Counted from the whole stretch's first letter, positions 52,220 to 61,723 are shown. The stretch is 61,723 nucleotides of DNA, filler included, from 6 parts of 6 records of this genome joined end to end with filler, not necessarily neighbours in it; one strand, 5' to 3'. Notes: a model not told the origin generated them from the sequence alone. A program made the numbers and translations.

Positions 52220-53843
52220 TTTTTGTACTCCTTTTTTTCTTACGGTTTATGTTATTAAAATATAATATACCTAAGAAACATATAAATATTATTACCAGTG
52301 ACGGTATTGCACTATGATAGATCATCTCATCTTCTGCATATTGTTTAGTCATAGTTGCCAAAGTATTGAAATTAAAAGGTCTAAGTATAAGTGTTAATGG
52401 TAATTCTTTTATAATTTCAATAAACACTAATATAAATGCAGATATAACAGATGATTTAATAAGTGGAAACTCAACTTTAAAAAAGCTTTTTGTAATATTA
52501 TTTCCTAAAACTCTGGAAGCTTCATGGTATTTTAAACCAATTTTATCAAAACCACTTTCAATTGAGTTATATGAAACTGCTAAAAATCTTATTACATAAG
52601 CAGTAATTAGCATTATAAATGTTGTACTAAGATAAAGTCCGTTTAGATTATATTTCATATAAAATTTATCAAGTTGATTATCAGTCCCGATGAAAAACAT
52701 AAGTACACCGACAGCAATTACTGATCCGGGAATTGAGTAACCAATTGATGAAAACTTTGCAAAACTCTTTATACCTTTAGTTTTACTTAACCTTGCAGTA
52801 TTAACTATAACTATAGAAACTATAATAATTAATACAGAAGCAAAAGCTGCAGTTGAGAATGAGTTTAAAATTAATTGAATTAATTCTAAATTAAACATCT
52901 CTTTGTATGTCCAAGTACTCCAATAAAATAACTGGATAATTGGAAGTAAAAAACCTAAGAAAAAAACTATAAAACATAGGAAAATAGCGATTAAAGCATG
53001 TAGTCCATTTAATTTTGTTCTTTGAATTGGTCTGATTTTAGTAGATGCATAAGCGAAGCTTTTTCTTCCTCTAAGTCTTTTTTCACCTGTTAATACAATA
53101 AAAGTAAGAAGCATTAGAATTGCGGCTAACTTGATAGCAGAAGCGCTATCACCTAATGAAAACCAGGTTCTGAAAATACCTGTACTAAATGTGTTTATCC
53201 CGAAGTAACTAACTAAACCATATGAATTAAATACTTCAAGAATAACCAAAGAGATACCTGAAACCAAAGCACCTCTGGATAGAGGCATTAACACTGTATA
53301 AAGTATTTGAAAATTTGATTTACCAAGAGTTTTAGCAGCTTCAATAACAGAAACAGAAATTTTTGATAAAAATGACTTTGATATCAAAAATACATAAGGA
53401 AAAAGAAATAGTGTAAAAATAGCTATTGTACCCTTTGTATTCATAATATCTATGTTTAATCCAAATTTCTCAGTAACTATTCCGGTAAATGAAAATATAT
53501 CAGCATAAACAAATCCTGCTATATATGTTGGTATAGTAAGTGGTAAAACTAAACTCCACTCAAAAAAACTTCTTAACGGAAAATCATAGACTACTATCAA
53601 CCAGGCTAAGAAAAATCCAATAATTCCGGCAAATACGGAACTAAATCCGGCAATAATTAATGTATTTGATATATATTCGGGTAATAGAGTTTTAGATATA
53701 TGTATGAAGTTTTCGTTTATAGGGGAAAAAACGTTGAAGCCTATATAAAGTAAAGGTATCGCAATAAAGGATACCAAAATTACGGTTAAATACAGCCAGG
53801 AATCCAAATTTGGATTCCTGTGTATGTTAAGTATTTTTTGCAT
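52206..53843 (-). CDS. fbpB: Fe(III) ABC transporter permease
   Basis: Duplicated permease (EAAKTLG / EASRVLG); KELPLTLILRPFNFNTLA. Confidence 0.88.
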   Translation of the reverse strand: MQKILNIHRNPNLDSWLYLTVILVSFIAIPLLYIGFNVFSPINENFIHISKTLLPEYISNTLIIAGFSSVFAGIIGFFLAWLIVVYDFPLRSFFEWSLVLPLTIPTYIAGFVYADIFSFTGIVTEKFGLNIDIMNTKGTIAIFTLFLFPYVFLISKSFLSKISVSVIEAAKTLGKSNFQILYTVLMPLSRGALVSGISLVILEVFNSYGLVSYFGINTFSTGIFRTWFSLGDSASAIKLAAILMLLTFIVLTGEKRLRGRKSFAYASTKIRPIQRTKLNGLHALIAIFLCFIVFFLGFLLPIIQLFYWSTWTYKEMFNLELIQLILNSFSTAAFASVLIIIVSIVIVNTARLSKTKGIKSFAKFSSIGYSIPGSVIAVGVLMFFIGTDNQLDKFYMKYNLNGLYLSTTFIMLITAYVIRFLAVSYNSIESGFDKIGLKYHEASRVLGNNITKSFFKVEFPLIKSSVISAFILVFIEIIKELPLTLILRPFNFNTLATMTKQYAEDEMIYHSAIPSLVIIFICFLGILYFNNINRKKKRSTKNGSN

Positions 53844-53849
53844 TTTAGA

Positions 53850-54878
53850 TTACTTCCATCCAGCTTCGTCAGCTAATTTAACTGCTGCTGAGTTGTATTC
53901 TCCTAATTTAGTAAGATCTAAAGTATCAGCCTTGAAAGTTCCCCATGACTTAACAAGTTCAGAAGCTTCAACTTTTGGATTTACAGGATATTCATAATTT
54001 GCTTCAGCAAATAATTTTTGAGCTTTGTTTGCTGATAAGTATTCGATGAACTTAATTGCATTCTCTTTATTTTTAGCGTATTTAGTTACAGCAATTCCAC
54101 TAACATTAACATGCGCTCCTCTATTATCTTGATTAGGGAAGAATACTTTTAATGTTTTAGCAACTGCTACTTCTTTAGGATTAGATGAGTTCATCATTTT
54201 ACCCATATAGTAAGTATTTAATACTGCTACTTCTCCAACACCAGCCATTACACCTTTAGCTTGATCTCTGTCGTTACCTTTAGGTGATCTTGCCATGTTT
54301 TTAACCATACCTTCTGCCCATCTTTTTGTAGCAGCTTCACCGTCATTAGCGATCATAGATGCGATTAATGATTGGTTGTAGATATTAGATGAAGATCTGA
54401 TTAATACTTTACCTTGCCATTTTGGATCAGCTAAATCTTCATATGTTGATAATTCCGCTGCTGATGTCTTAGATGGATTATATGCGATGATTCTAGCTCT
54501 AACTGTTAACCCGTACCAATAATTATCTCTGTCTCTTAAATTTGTCGGGATGTTTTTTACTAAATCTTCTGAAACAACAGGTTGTAATAATCCTTTGTCT
54601 TTTGCTCTGACTAATCTACCGGCATCTGCTGTGATTAATAAATCCGCAGGTGTATTTTTACCTTCGATTTCTAATTTTTTAATAAGTTCATCCGCTTTTG
54701 CTTTAACAACATTGACTTTGATACCAGTTTCTTTTTCAAACTCTTTAATGATTACTTTATCAGTATCATAATGTCTATGAGTATAAAGATTTAATTCTTT
54801 ATTTGATTTTCCTCCAAAAGCAAACATAGTTGCCGAAATTGCTAAACTTAAAATACCTGTAACTAATAACTTCTTCAT
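53850..54878 (-). CDS. fbpA: Fe(III) ABC transporter substrate-binding protein (FbpA/FutA type)
   Basis: LYTHRHY, ADLLITADAGRL, RSSSNIYNQSL and NTYY iron ligands. Confidence 0.9.
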   Translation of the reverse strand: MKKLLVTGILSLAISATMFAFGGKSNKELNLYTHRHYDTDKVIIKEFEKETGIKVNVVKAKADELIKKLEIEGKNTPADLLITADAGRLVRAKDKGLLQPVVSEDLVKNIPTNLRDRDNYWYGLTVRARIIAYNPSKTSAAELSTYEDLADPKWQGKVLIRSSSNIYNQSLIASMIANDGEAATKRWAEGMVKNMARSPKGNDRDQAKGVMAGVGEVAVLNTYYMGKMMNSSNPKEVAVAKTLKVFFPNQDNRGAHVNVSGIAVTKYAKNKENAIKFIEYLSANKAQKLFAEANYEYPVNPKVEASELVKSWGTFKADTLDLTKLGEYNSAAVKLADEAGWK

Positions 54879-55175
54879 AACAAACTCCTTTATTTTAAAT
54901 TATTTTGAGACTCAAAGTACTCGAGAATAGTTATACCATTTATTACTGAACTGGTCAAGAAAAAATATTTTGAATTACAAAATAAAAGTTTTAACAATTT
55001 AAACAAAGCATTGATTTTATTAAGCATAATTGTGTGAAAAAAATGTGAAGTTTTTTTATAATTTTTATAAAGAATTTGCTTCTATTTGGTTATGAAAAGT
55101 GAAAAAAGAAAATTAAAAGAAAAAAACTCTGATAAAATTATTTAAATATCAGAGTTTTTTTTATTTTTCAAATTA

Positions 55176-55766
55176 TTATTTTTCAAGTATTTCTTTCATT
55201 TCATTATACTCTTTTTTAGTAATTTCACCATTAGCATATCTTTTTCTAAGTATCTCAAGAGCTGAATCACTTGAATAAGAGGTTTCGCCACCGAAGCCTC
55301 TGTTACCGCCTCTACCGAAGCAAGACCCTCTGCCACCAAAGAATCCTCTTTTATTAGCTCTAGAGTTTGAACGTCCATATCCCATCATACCATAGCCATT
55401 TAGGTAATTAGCAGACATATATCTATATGTATCTTTTAAGTCTTTTGAACCATCACCACCCATACGACTTTTCATAAATTTAAGTTGTTCATCATCGACT
55501 GCATGTGAAGCCATTAGTAATGCACCTAATTCTTCAAGTTCGTTATTATTTAACTTATCTGCATCCAATTCCTCTTCTTCTGTAAGTGAATACTTTTTTT
55601 TCAAGTTGTTTATATAGCTTGTTACCTCTTTACTCTCTTCAAAACGAGAATATCCACCTTGTCGATATCCCATCATACCCTGATTGTTAGCTCTGCCAAA
55701 TCCCCAAAATGAATACGCACTCATACTAATTATTAAAATTAGCAATAATAATATTACTTTTTTCAT
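55176..55766 (-). CDS. Exported Gly/Met-rich protein with a C-terminal SHOCT domain
   Basis: Signal peptide; GMMGY repeats; ALEILRKRYANGEITKKEY. The start could also be 55778. Confidence 0.75.
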   Translation of the reverse strand: MKKVILLLLILIISMSAYSFWGFGRANNQGMMGYRQGGYSRFEESKEVTSYINNLKKKYSLTEEEELDADKLNNNELEELGALLMASHAVDDEQLKFMKSRMGGDGSKDLKDTYRYMSANYLNGYGMMGYGRSNSRANKRGFFGGRGSCFGRGGNRGFGGETSYSSDSALEILRKRYANGEITKKEYNEMKEILEK

Positions 55767-55819
55767 TTTTAATTCCACCTCCGTATTTTTTATAATTACT
55801 TCTATATCTCTATGTTGTA

Positions 55820-55933
55820 ATTATATATTAATAAAATGGCAGTTTTGTGACAAAAGAGGGAATCTTATGGGAAAATAAAGTAAATTAACTCTATTTGTTT
55901 TGTCATTTGTTTGTCACATTTATAAAGTATAAT
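55820..55933. promoter_or_regulatory. Divergent promoters, each with an OmpR/PhoB-type 11-bp direct-repeat box
   Basis: Plus: TTGTCA-N5-TTGTCA (55900-55916)-N11-TATAAT. Minus: TTGTCA-N5-CTGCCA (55853-55837)-N11-TATAAT. Confidence 0.65.
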
Positions 55934-56008
55934 ATACTAAATAATAAAATATTTGTTATGTTTGAAATGTTTTAAGGAGCTGAGTTGTATTGAATAGGAG
56001 GTTTTCTG

Positions 56009-56182
56009 ATGTTTATTTGGTTGATAATTTTAATATTAATTGTTATTTATATTTTTGGGAACAATAGTTCGAAATATAATCTTTCTCAACGAGAGACATC
56101 TTTAGATATTTTGAAAAAAAGGTATGCAAGAGGTGAGATTTCGAAAGAAGAATTTGATAATATTAAAAAAGATTTAGAATGA
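56009..56182 (+). CDS. Small SHOCT-domain membrane protein (57 aa), not in the ORF track
   Basis: SD AGGAGG; MFIWLIILILIVIYIFG...SLDILKKRYARGEISKEEFDNIKKDLE*. Confidence 0.85.
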   Translation: MFIWLIILILIVIYIFGNNSSKYNLSQRETSLDILKKRYARGEISKEEFDNIKKDLE

Positions 56183-56207
56183 TGTGCGTAAATTTTGGCA
56201 AAATATA

Positions 56208-56307
56208 NNNNNNNNNNNNNNNNNNNNNNNNNNNNNNNNNNNNNNNNNNNNTTAATTAATTAANNNNNNNNNNNNNNNNNNNNNNNNNNNNNNNNNNNNN
56301 NNNNNNN
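56208..56307. other. Artificial contig linker
   Basis: N44-TTAATTAATTAA-N44. Confidence 0.98.
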
Positions 56308-56359
56308 GTATCAAAAAGAAACTAAAATTTATCTAAAATTATAATTAAGGAGTGATATT

Positions 56360-57655
56360 ATGCGATTAAGAGAAAAATTATTATTAATTTTTGTACTCAG
56401 TTTATTTAACGCATGTGCTAAGGATAACTCAACTTCATCATCATCAGCTTCCACAACAGCCGATACAAACTATGTTGATAATACGTTGGAAGTTACAGGT
56501 TATTCAGTAGTAGATACCGGACAAACAAATTTTTATGGAAATACAGATGAAATATCTGAACCTGAATCAGGAGATGATTTTTTTGGTCAGGATGCAAACT
56601 ATATTGGTAATGAGTTTAATTATACGAATAATGAAGATGGTACAATTAATGATAATGTAACAGGACTTATGTGGCAGGATACAGCTGACACTGATGGAGA
56701 CGGAGATATCGATTCAAATGATAAACTAAGTTATGATGAAGCTATAGAATATGCAGAAACTTTAACCTTAGCAGGTTATACAGATTGGCGATTACCGACG
56801 ATAAAAGAGTCTTACTCGCTTATTAGCTTTGAAGGAACAGATCCAAGTGGTTATGAAGACACTGATATTTCAGACTTGATTCCCTTTATAGACACAGATT
56901 ATTTTGAATTTGAATATGGTGATACAGATGCAGGGGAGAGAATTATTGATTCTCAATATGTTTCAGAGACTTTATATGTTGATGAAACTTATAATGATGG
57001 CGGAGCAACAATATTTGGAGTAAATTTTGCTGATGGTCGTATAAAAGGATATGGTTCAACACTAAATGGAAGTGATAAAACCTTTTTCGTAATGTGCGTA
57101 CGTGGAAATGATGATTATGGAATAAATGATTTCATCGACAATGAAGATGGAACAATATCTGATGATGCAACAGAATTAATGTGGTCCCAAAATGACAGTG
57201 AAGAAGCTTTTAACTGGCAAGCAGCTTTGGACTGGGTAAGTACAAAAAACAGTGAGGAGTATTTAGGATATACTGATTGGAGATTACCAAATGCAAAAGA
57301 ACTGCAAAGTATAGTTGATTATAGCAGATCACCAGAAACAACAAATTCAGCAGCAATTGACTCTGTTTTTAATGCAAGTGAAATAACTAATGAAGCTGGA
57401 GAAAGTGACTACGCCTTTTATTGGACTGGTACAACTCATTTAAACTGGACGGATACTCCCGGAAATAGTGGAGTATATATATCTTTTGGTAGAGCAATGG
57501 GTTATCAAGACAGTTGGGTAGATGTGCATGGTGCCGGAGCTCAGAGAAGTGACCCGAAAGAGGGAGATCCTGATGATTATCCAACTGGAAATGGTCCTCA
57601 GGGAGATGCTATAAGAATATATAACTACGTGAGATTAGTAAGAGATATTAAATAG
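56360..57655 (+). CDS. Acidic lipoprotein with two DUF1566 (Lcl-like) domains
   Basis: Lipobox LFNAC; two copies of N.DGTI.D..T.LMW ... GYTDWRLP..KE; YVRLVR. Confidence 0.85.
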   Translation: MRLREKLLLIFVLSLFNACAKDNSTSSSSASTTADTNYVDNTLEVTGYSVVDTGQTNFYGNTDEISEPESGDDFFGQDANYIGNEFNYTNNEDGTINDNVTGLMWQDTADTDGDGDIDSNDKLSYDEAIEYAETLTLAGYTDWRLPTIKESYSLISFEGTDPSGYEDTDISDLIPFIDTDYFEFEYGDTDAGERIIDSQYVSETLYVDETYNDGGATIFGVNFADGRIKGYGSTLNGSDKTFFVMCVRGNDDYGINDFIDNEDGTISDDATELMWSQNDSEEAFNWQAALDWVSTKNSEEYLGYTDWRLPNAKELQSIVDYSRSPETTNSAAIDSVFNASEITNEAGESDYAFYWTGTTHLNWTDTPGNSGVYISFGRAMGYQDSWVDVHGAGAQRSDPKEGDPDDYPTGNGPQGDAIRIYNYVRLVRDIK

Positions 57656-57670
57656 AAGTATAAATAAGAA

Positions 57671-57710
57671 GCTCTGTAGATGGAATAGAAAATCTACAGA
57701 GTTTATTTAT
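57671..57710 (+). terminator. Intrinsic terminator
   Basis: GCTCTGTAGAT...ATCTACAGAGT followed by TTATTTAT. Confidence 0.65.
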
Positions 57711-57808
57711 TTTATGCTAGATTATATTATAAATATCAAAATGATAACTACAGCGTTAAATCAATAAAATAAAGGTTTAATAAGAATAATGTAAAAAAAA
57801 ACTTTGAA

Positions 57809-57862
57809 TTTACATAGACTTTACATAAAGTTTATAATCTTTTAACACACAGTCTGTATAAT
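57809..57862 (+). promoter_or_regulatory. Pho box (four TTWACA-like repeats, 11-bp period) and -10 element of pstS
   Basis: TTTACA 57809, TTTACA 57820, TTTATA 57831, TTAACA 57842; TATAAT 57857. Confidence 0.85.
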
Positions 57863-57920
57863 TCTCCTTGTAAGTCAAACAGGCAAAACAAAAAATTAAA
57901 ATTAAAAAATATCTGGGAGG

Positions 57921-58781
57921 ATGACTAAGAAAATGAAAAAGTTATTAGCAATCGGTTTATTAGCAGTTGCAGCATTCGCAACTATGTCACAGGAAGCACC
58001 AGCTTTCTTCGGGAAGAAGAAATCTAAATTAATCCAAATTAAAGGATCTGATACTGTATTACCTATCTCTCAAGGTGTAGCTGAAGAGTACATGAAAGCT
58101 AACAAAAAAGCAAAAGTAGCAGTTATCGGTGGGGGATCAGGAACTGGAGCAGCAGCTTTAGTTAATGGAACTGCAGATATCGCTCAAATGTCAAGAGCTA
58201 TGAAAGACAAAGAGAAAAAAGCATTAGCTGACAAAGGAACTCCTGTAAAAGAAATCGTAGTAGCTTATGATTGTATGTCAATTGTTGTTAACCCTAACAA
58301 CCCTGTAGATAACTTAACACTTGCTCAAGCTAGAGACATCTACTTAGGAAACATCACAAACTGGAAAGAAGTTGGCGGAAACGACGAAAAAATCATTTTA
58401 TTATCAAGAGATAATTCATCAGGAACTCACTCAAGTTTTAAAACTATGGTTTTAAGAAATGGTAACAAAAAAGGTCCTGAAGAATATACAAATACAACTA
58501 TCTTCTTACCTTCAAATGAAGCTATCAAGCAAGAAGCTAAATCTTCTACTGGAGCAGTTGGATATATTGGATTAGGATATGCTGATTCATCAGTTAAAGT
58601 ACTTAAAATCAATGGTGTAATGCCTTCATCTGCAACTGCAGCTGACTATGCATTAACTAGAAACCTTTACTGGTATGTAACTAACGAATTATCAGCTGAC
58701 GCTCAAAAAGTAGTAGACTTCATGATGGCAGATGCTGGTCAAGCAATCGTTAAAAGAGAAGGATATATCGAAGTTAAATAA
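57921..58781 (+). CDS. pstS: Phosphate ABC transporter substrate-binding protein
   Basis: IKGSDTV, GGGSGTG, DIAQMSR, SRDNSSGT and GAVGYIG. Confidence 0.92.
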   Translation: MTKKMKKLLAIGLLAVAAFATMSQEAPAFFGKKKSKLIQIKGSDTVLPISQGVAEEYMKANKKAKVAVIGGGSGTGAAALVNGTADIAQMSRAMKDKEKKALADKGTPVKEIVVAYDCMSIVVNPNNPVDNLTLAQARDIYLGNITNWKEVGGNDEKIILLSRDNSSGTHSSFKTMVLRNGNKKGPEEYTNTTIFLPSNEAIKQEAKSSTGAVGYIGLGYADSSVKVLKINGVMPSSATAADYALTRNLYWYVTNELSADAQKVVDFMMADAGQAIVKREGYIEVK

Positions 58782-58817
58782 TCTTTGATTAGACTAAAAG
58801 ACTAAAAAAATAATATA

Positions 58818-58850
58818 AAAAGAGCTATGGAAAATCTCCATAGCTCTTTT
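58818..58850. terminator. Bidirectional terminator between pstS and alkaline phosphatase
   Basis: AAAAGAGCTATGGA...TCCATAGCTCTTTT. Confidence 0.8.
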
Positions 58851-58853
58851 GTA

Positions 58854-60203
58854 TTATTCAGCGATACTTTGAATTATTCTGATAATTTCTATATTATTTA
58901 AAACTCCGTTAAATCTTTCTGCTTCAAATCCACTTGCGAATAAAGGAACCCAACCAGCTGTATGTCCACCAGTTTTACCGGCAGCTCTTAATGATCTATC
59001 CATAGAAGCAACTCCGTATTTTTTAGCAATTACAGTTCCGATTTCCCATCCAAGTTTGTAACCGTACATTTTAATTTCAAGATGCCCTTGAAGATCTATA
59101 GCTTCTTCTGTAGTTAAGTCAATATTAGCATACTCTTTAAATACTGCTTTGATACTCTGAAGAGTATAATCAGTTTCAGAAGCATTTTTAACAAGTTTTC
59201 CAGCCATATATTCAGGAGAAACTTCTATATTTTTTAAAGCTTCAATATTTAGAGTTTCAGAAGCACCAATAGACATAGTCTCATGGTCAGCAGTAACGAT
59301 AACTAAAGTATCATCTCTGTGTCTAGCCCACTCTAATACATATTCAACTGTTTCATCAAATTCGATAAGTTCTTTCCATACTCCGGTACCATCAGCAGCA
59401 TGAGCAGCGTGATCGATTCTAGCTCCTTCACTCATAAGGAAGAATCCATCTTCATCGTTTTCAAGAATTTCAATAGCTTTTTTAGTCATCTCTTTTAATG
59501 AAGGTTCTTTAGAGTTTAGTTCCTCTCTGTCAGCTTTATAACTCATATAATCATAGTGGAATAATCCTAAAAGTTTATCAGTTGTTCTACTGTCAACTTT
59601 ATCTAATTCCTCTCTGTCACTTACATATTTATAACCTTTTTCTTGGAACTTTTCTATATAATCTACACCTTTTTGTTTTTTAGCTAAGAAGTATTTTTGT
59701 CCTCCACCAAGAAGTACATCCCATTCATCATTATACATATCTCTTACGATTTCACCTTTATCATTTCTGTTACTTACACTTGCTCCGAAACCAGCCGGTG
59801 TTGCATCATAAACAGTATTTGTAGAAATAATTCCTATTTTTTTACCCATATCCTGGAAATAATCTGCCATAGAATCAACTTCAAATGCATTATGATCTAT
59901 TCCTATCCATTTGTTGTTAGTTTTTACTCCGGTTGCAATAGCTGTTGCCGCAGCACCAGAATCAGTAACAAGATTGTCGAATGAGTTTGTTTTAACGAAA
60001 GCAGTATTTTCAATAACTTCCATGTTAAGTTTACCGTTTTTACCATATTCCATAAGTCTGGCAAGTTCTAATTGACCGAAGCCCATACCGTCACCTATTA
60101 ATACAATAACATTTTTAACCTTTTCTTCAGCCATTGCAGTGAACGACATAAGACATAAAGATAATACTACTAATAATTTTGATGCAAGTTTTCTGTTTTT
60201 CAT
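58854..60203 (-). CDS. phoA: Alkaline phosphatase (PhoA family)
   Basis: KNVIVLIGDGMG, active-site VTDSGAAAT, EGARIDHAAH, VTADHET and GGHT. Confidence 0.9.
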   Translation of the reverse strand: MKNRKLASKLLVVLSLCLMSFTAMAEEKVKNVIVLIGDGMGFGQLELARLMEYGKNGKLNMEVIENTAFVKTNSFDNLVTDSGAAATAIATGVKTNNKWIGIDHNAFEVDSMADYFQDMGKKIGIISTNTVYDATPAGFGASVSNRNDKGEIVRDMYNDEWDVLLGGGQKYFLAKKQKGVDYIEKFQEKGYKYVSDREELDKVDSRTTDKLLGLFHYDYMSYKADREELNSKEPSLKEMTKKAIEILENDEDGFFLMSEGARIDHAAHAADGTGVWKELIEFDETVEYVLEWARHRDDTLVIVTADHETMSIGASETLNIEALKNIEVSPEYMAGKLVKNASETDYTLQSIKAVFKEYANIDLTTEEAIDLQGHLEIKMYGYKLGWEIGTVIAKKYGVASMDRSLRAAGKTGGHTAGWVPLFASGFEAERFNGVLNNIEIIRIIQSIAE

Positions 60204-60247
60204 TTTTTCCTCCTTGGGTTTGAATAATAATTTACATAATCGATCAA

Positions 60248-60259
60248 GAAACCGGTTTC
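60248..60259. promoter_or_regulatory. Perfect palindrome in the phoA leader, LacI-family operator-like
   Basis: GAAACCGGTTTC, downstream of a minus-strand TTGTAA-N17-TATACT promoter (60362-60334). Confidence 0.45.
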
Positions 60260-60748
60260 AAGATGTATTAAAAATAAAAACGTCAAAAGCATCACCATGC
60301 TAACAAAACGTTCTTTTTTATTACAGTAGACTAAGTATACTGCATAATTTGACTTTTTACAAGGGAATTTTGAGAAAAAAATCTGCTTTTAAAAATAGAT
60401 ATTCTGCTATTTTTATGACATTTTACATTTTAATTGTATTTAGAAAACGATTACATTAAGTAAAATTAGTAGTTTAGACAACTTAAATTTCTCGGAAAAT
60501 GAGTTTAAAACTAAAAATGTCTATGCAAATAGGAGTGAATTATTTTTTTAAGTAAAAGTTGCGTTTAAAAACCTGTAAATGTAAGTGAAAAAAACTAAAA
60601 GTTGAACAATTCAATTAAAAAATAAATTGAATTACTGTATAAATTTTTTTTAAGAAGTGATAGAAATATCATTGGTTTTTAACGACTTAAGCAAAAAAAA
60701 TCAAATTTATTTAAAACAGAACAGAGAGAAAACAGAGTTGTAAATCTT

Positions 60749-60802
60749 TTTACAATACTTTTACACTTAATTAATAAGCTGTTTACACAAGTCCTGTATA
60801 AT
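60749..60802 (+). promoter_or_regulatory. Pho box and -10 element of pstC
   Basis: TTTACA 60749, TTTACA 60760, TTAATA 60771, TTTACA 60782; TATAAT 60797; same geometry as the pstS promoter. Confidence 0.85.
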
Positions 60803-60850
60803 CTTCTTGTAAAATAAAAATAATTATTTATAAAAGGAGACGGGAGCAGT

Positions 60851-61723
60851 ATGGATATTAGAAAATTTAAAGATAAGTCGATGAAAAATGTCATCTTTGG
60901 AGTTGCAGGGTTTAATATAATTATAGTATTCCTTATATTTATGTTTGTTGTTACAAACAGTATTAAGTTCTTTGGACACTATTCACCAGCACAATTCTTT
61001 GGTGGGACACGGTGGATTTCATTATCAGAGATCTTTGGATTTTTACCTTTATTAACAGGTAGTTTATGGGTAACATTTGTAGCGCTTATAATAGCTGTAC
61101 CATTAAGCGTTGTGACAGCTGTTTACATTGCTGAATATGCACATAAAAAAACAAGAGATACACTTAAAATTTTAATAGAAACAATGGCAGCTTTACCATC
61201 AGTTGCATTAGGATATATTGGATTATATGTATTAGCGGGACCAATTAAAGATTTACTTAACTTAGACACTGGTCTTACGGCTTTAACAGGTGGAATTATG
61301 TTAGCGTTTATGTCAATTCCTACAATGGTAAGTATCTCGGACGATGCAATTAGAGCACTAGATAAATCATATAAAGAAGCTTCTTTAGCACTTGGAGCTA
61401 ATAAACTTGAAACTATAATAAAAGTATTGTTACCGGCAGCATTCCCGGGAATCTTTGCAGGGGTAATGTTAGGATTCGGAAGAATCATCGGAGAAACAAT
61501 GACAGTTTTAATGATCACTGGAAATTCACCTAATATCAAAGCCGGTGTACTTGATCCTGTTAGAACAATGACAGCAACAATCGCCGCAGAAATGGGAGAG
61601 GTTGTAAATGGTAGTGAACATTATTATGCATTATTTGCAATTGGTTTAGTATTGTTTATTATTTCATTTATTACTAACAGTTTAGGAGATTATTTCATTC
61701 ACAAATCAAGAAAAGCAGCTAAA
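60851..61723 (+). CDS. pstC: Phosphate ABC transporter permease PstC, running off the window end (not in the ORF track)
   Basis: Frame from the ATG at 60851: FGFLPLLTGSL, AVYIAEYA, IETMAALPSVALG, EASLALGA and GRIIGETM. Confidence 0.9.
   Translation, partial: MDIRKFKDKSMKNVIFGVAGFNIIIVFLIFMFVVTNSIKFFGHYSPAQFFGGTRWISLSEIFGFLPLLTGSLWVTFVALIIAVPLSVVTAVYIAEYAHKKTRDTLKILIETMAALPSVALGYIGLYVLAGPIKDLLNLDTGLTALTGGIMLAFMSIPTMVSISDDAIRALDKSYKEASLALGANKLETIIKVLLPAAFPGIFAGVMLGFGRIIGETMTVLMITGNSPNIKAGVLDPVRTMTATIAAEMGEVVNGSEHYYALFAIGLVLFIISFITNSLGDYFIHKSRKAAK

Noticed and set aside
54905-54937. Fur box upstream of fbpA
   Set aside because: CGAGAAT-A-GTTATAC and TTTGAG-A-CTCAAA are only weak matches; plausible but unsupported.
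10833-56307. TTAATTAATTAA repeated five times inside N-runs
   Set aside because: Artificial concatenation linker, not a biological repeat. ORFs reading into it (ending ...XXLIN) and cross-linker gene neighbourhoods are artefacts.
61123-61539. 138-aa minus-strand ORF
   Set aside because: Antisense shadow of pstC.
1-61723. CRISPR arrays, tRNA/rRNA genes, integrases, transposases, reverse transcriptases
   Set aside because: None recognised in any of the six contigs.

Overview
This window is not one replicon. It is six unrelated contigs joined by five 100-nt artificial linkers (N44-TTAATTAATTAA-N44), so adjacency across a linker has no biological meaning. (1) 1-10832: AT-rich bacterium with thiC, a His6-type hisA, GNATs, a membrane LuxR regulator with a 7-2-7 operator upstream of a miniature MotA-like gene, and a truncated chemoreceptor. 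(2) 10933-28061: AT-rich diderm carrying a beta-glucan (GH16) utilisation locus without SusC/SusD. It has three lipoprotein GH16 enzymes, an acidic predicted outer-membrane barrel, an Ig-like lipoprotein, a divergent beta-propeller/Y_Y_Y/GGDEF sensor cyclase, and a candidate sRNA. (3) 28162-37487: GC-richer, Desulfobacterota-like. It has TetR/MATE, an amidase, an unknown acidic protein behind tandem sigma54 and sigma28 promoters, a stand-alone MtrA-like corrinoid protein, and an OM barrel gene split by an in-frame TAG. (4) 37588-45192: Bacteroidota-like, with prmA, a PLD-fold protein, an LVIVD lipoprotein operon and DUF4876/DUF6850-like genes. (5) 45293-56207: AT-rich iron island with fbpABC, feoAB, a ferrosome (fez)-like P1B-ATPase/HMA2 cluster, and divergent SHOCT genes. 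(6) 56308-61723: Pho locus with pstS, alkaline phosphatase and pstC, with clear Pho boxes. All family and taxon calls come from reading motifs by eye; no database search was run.
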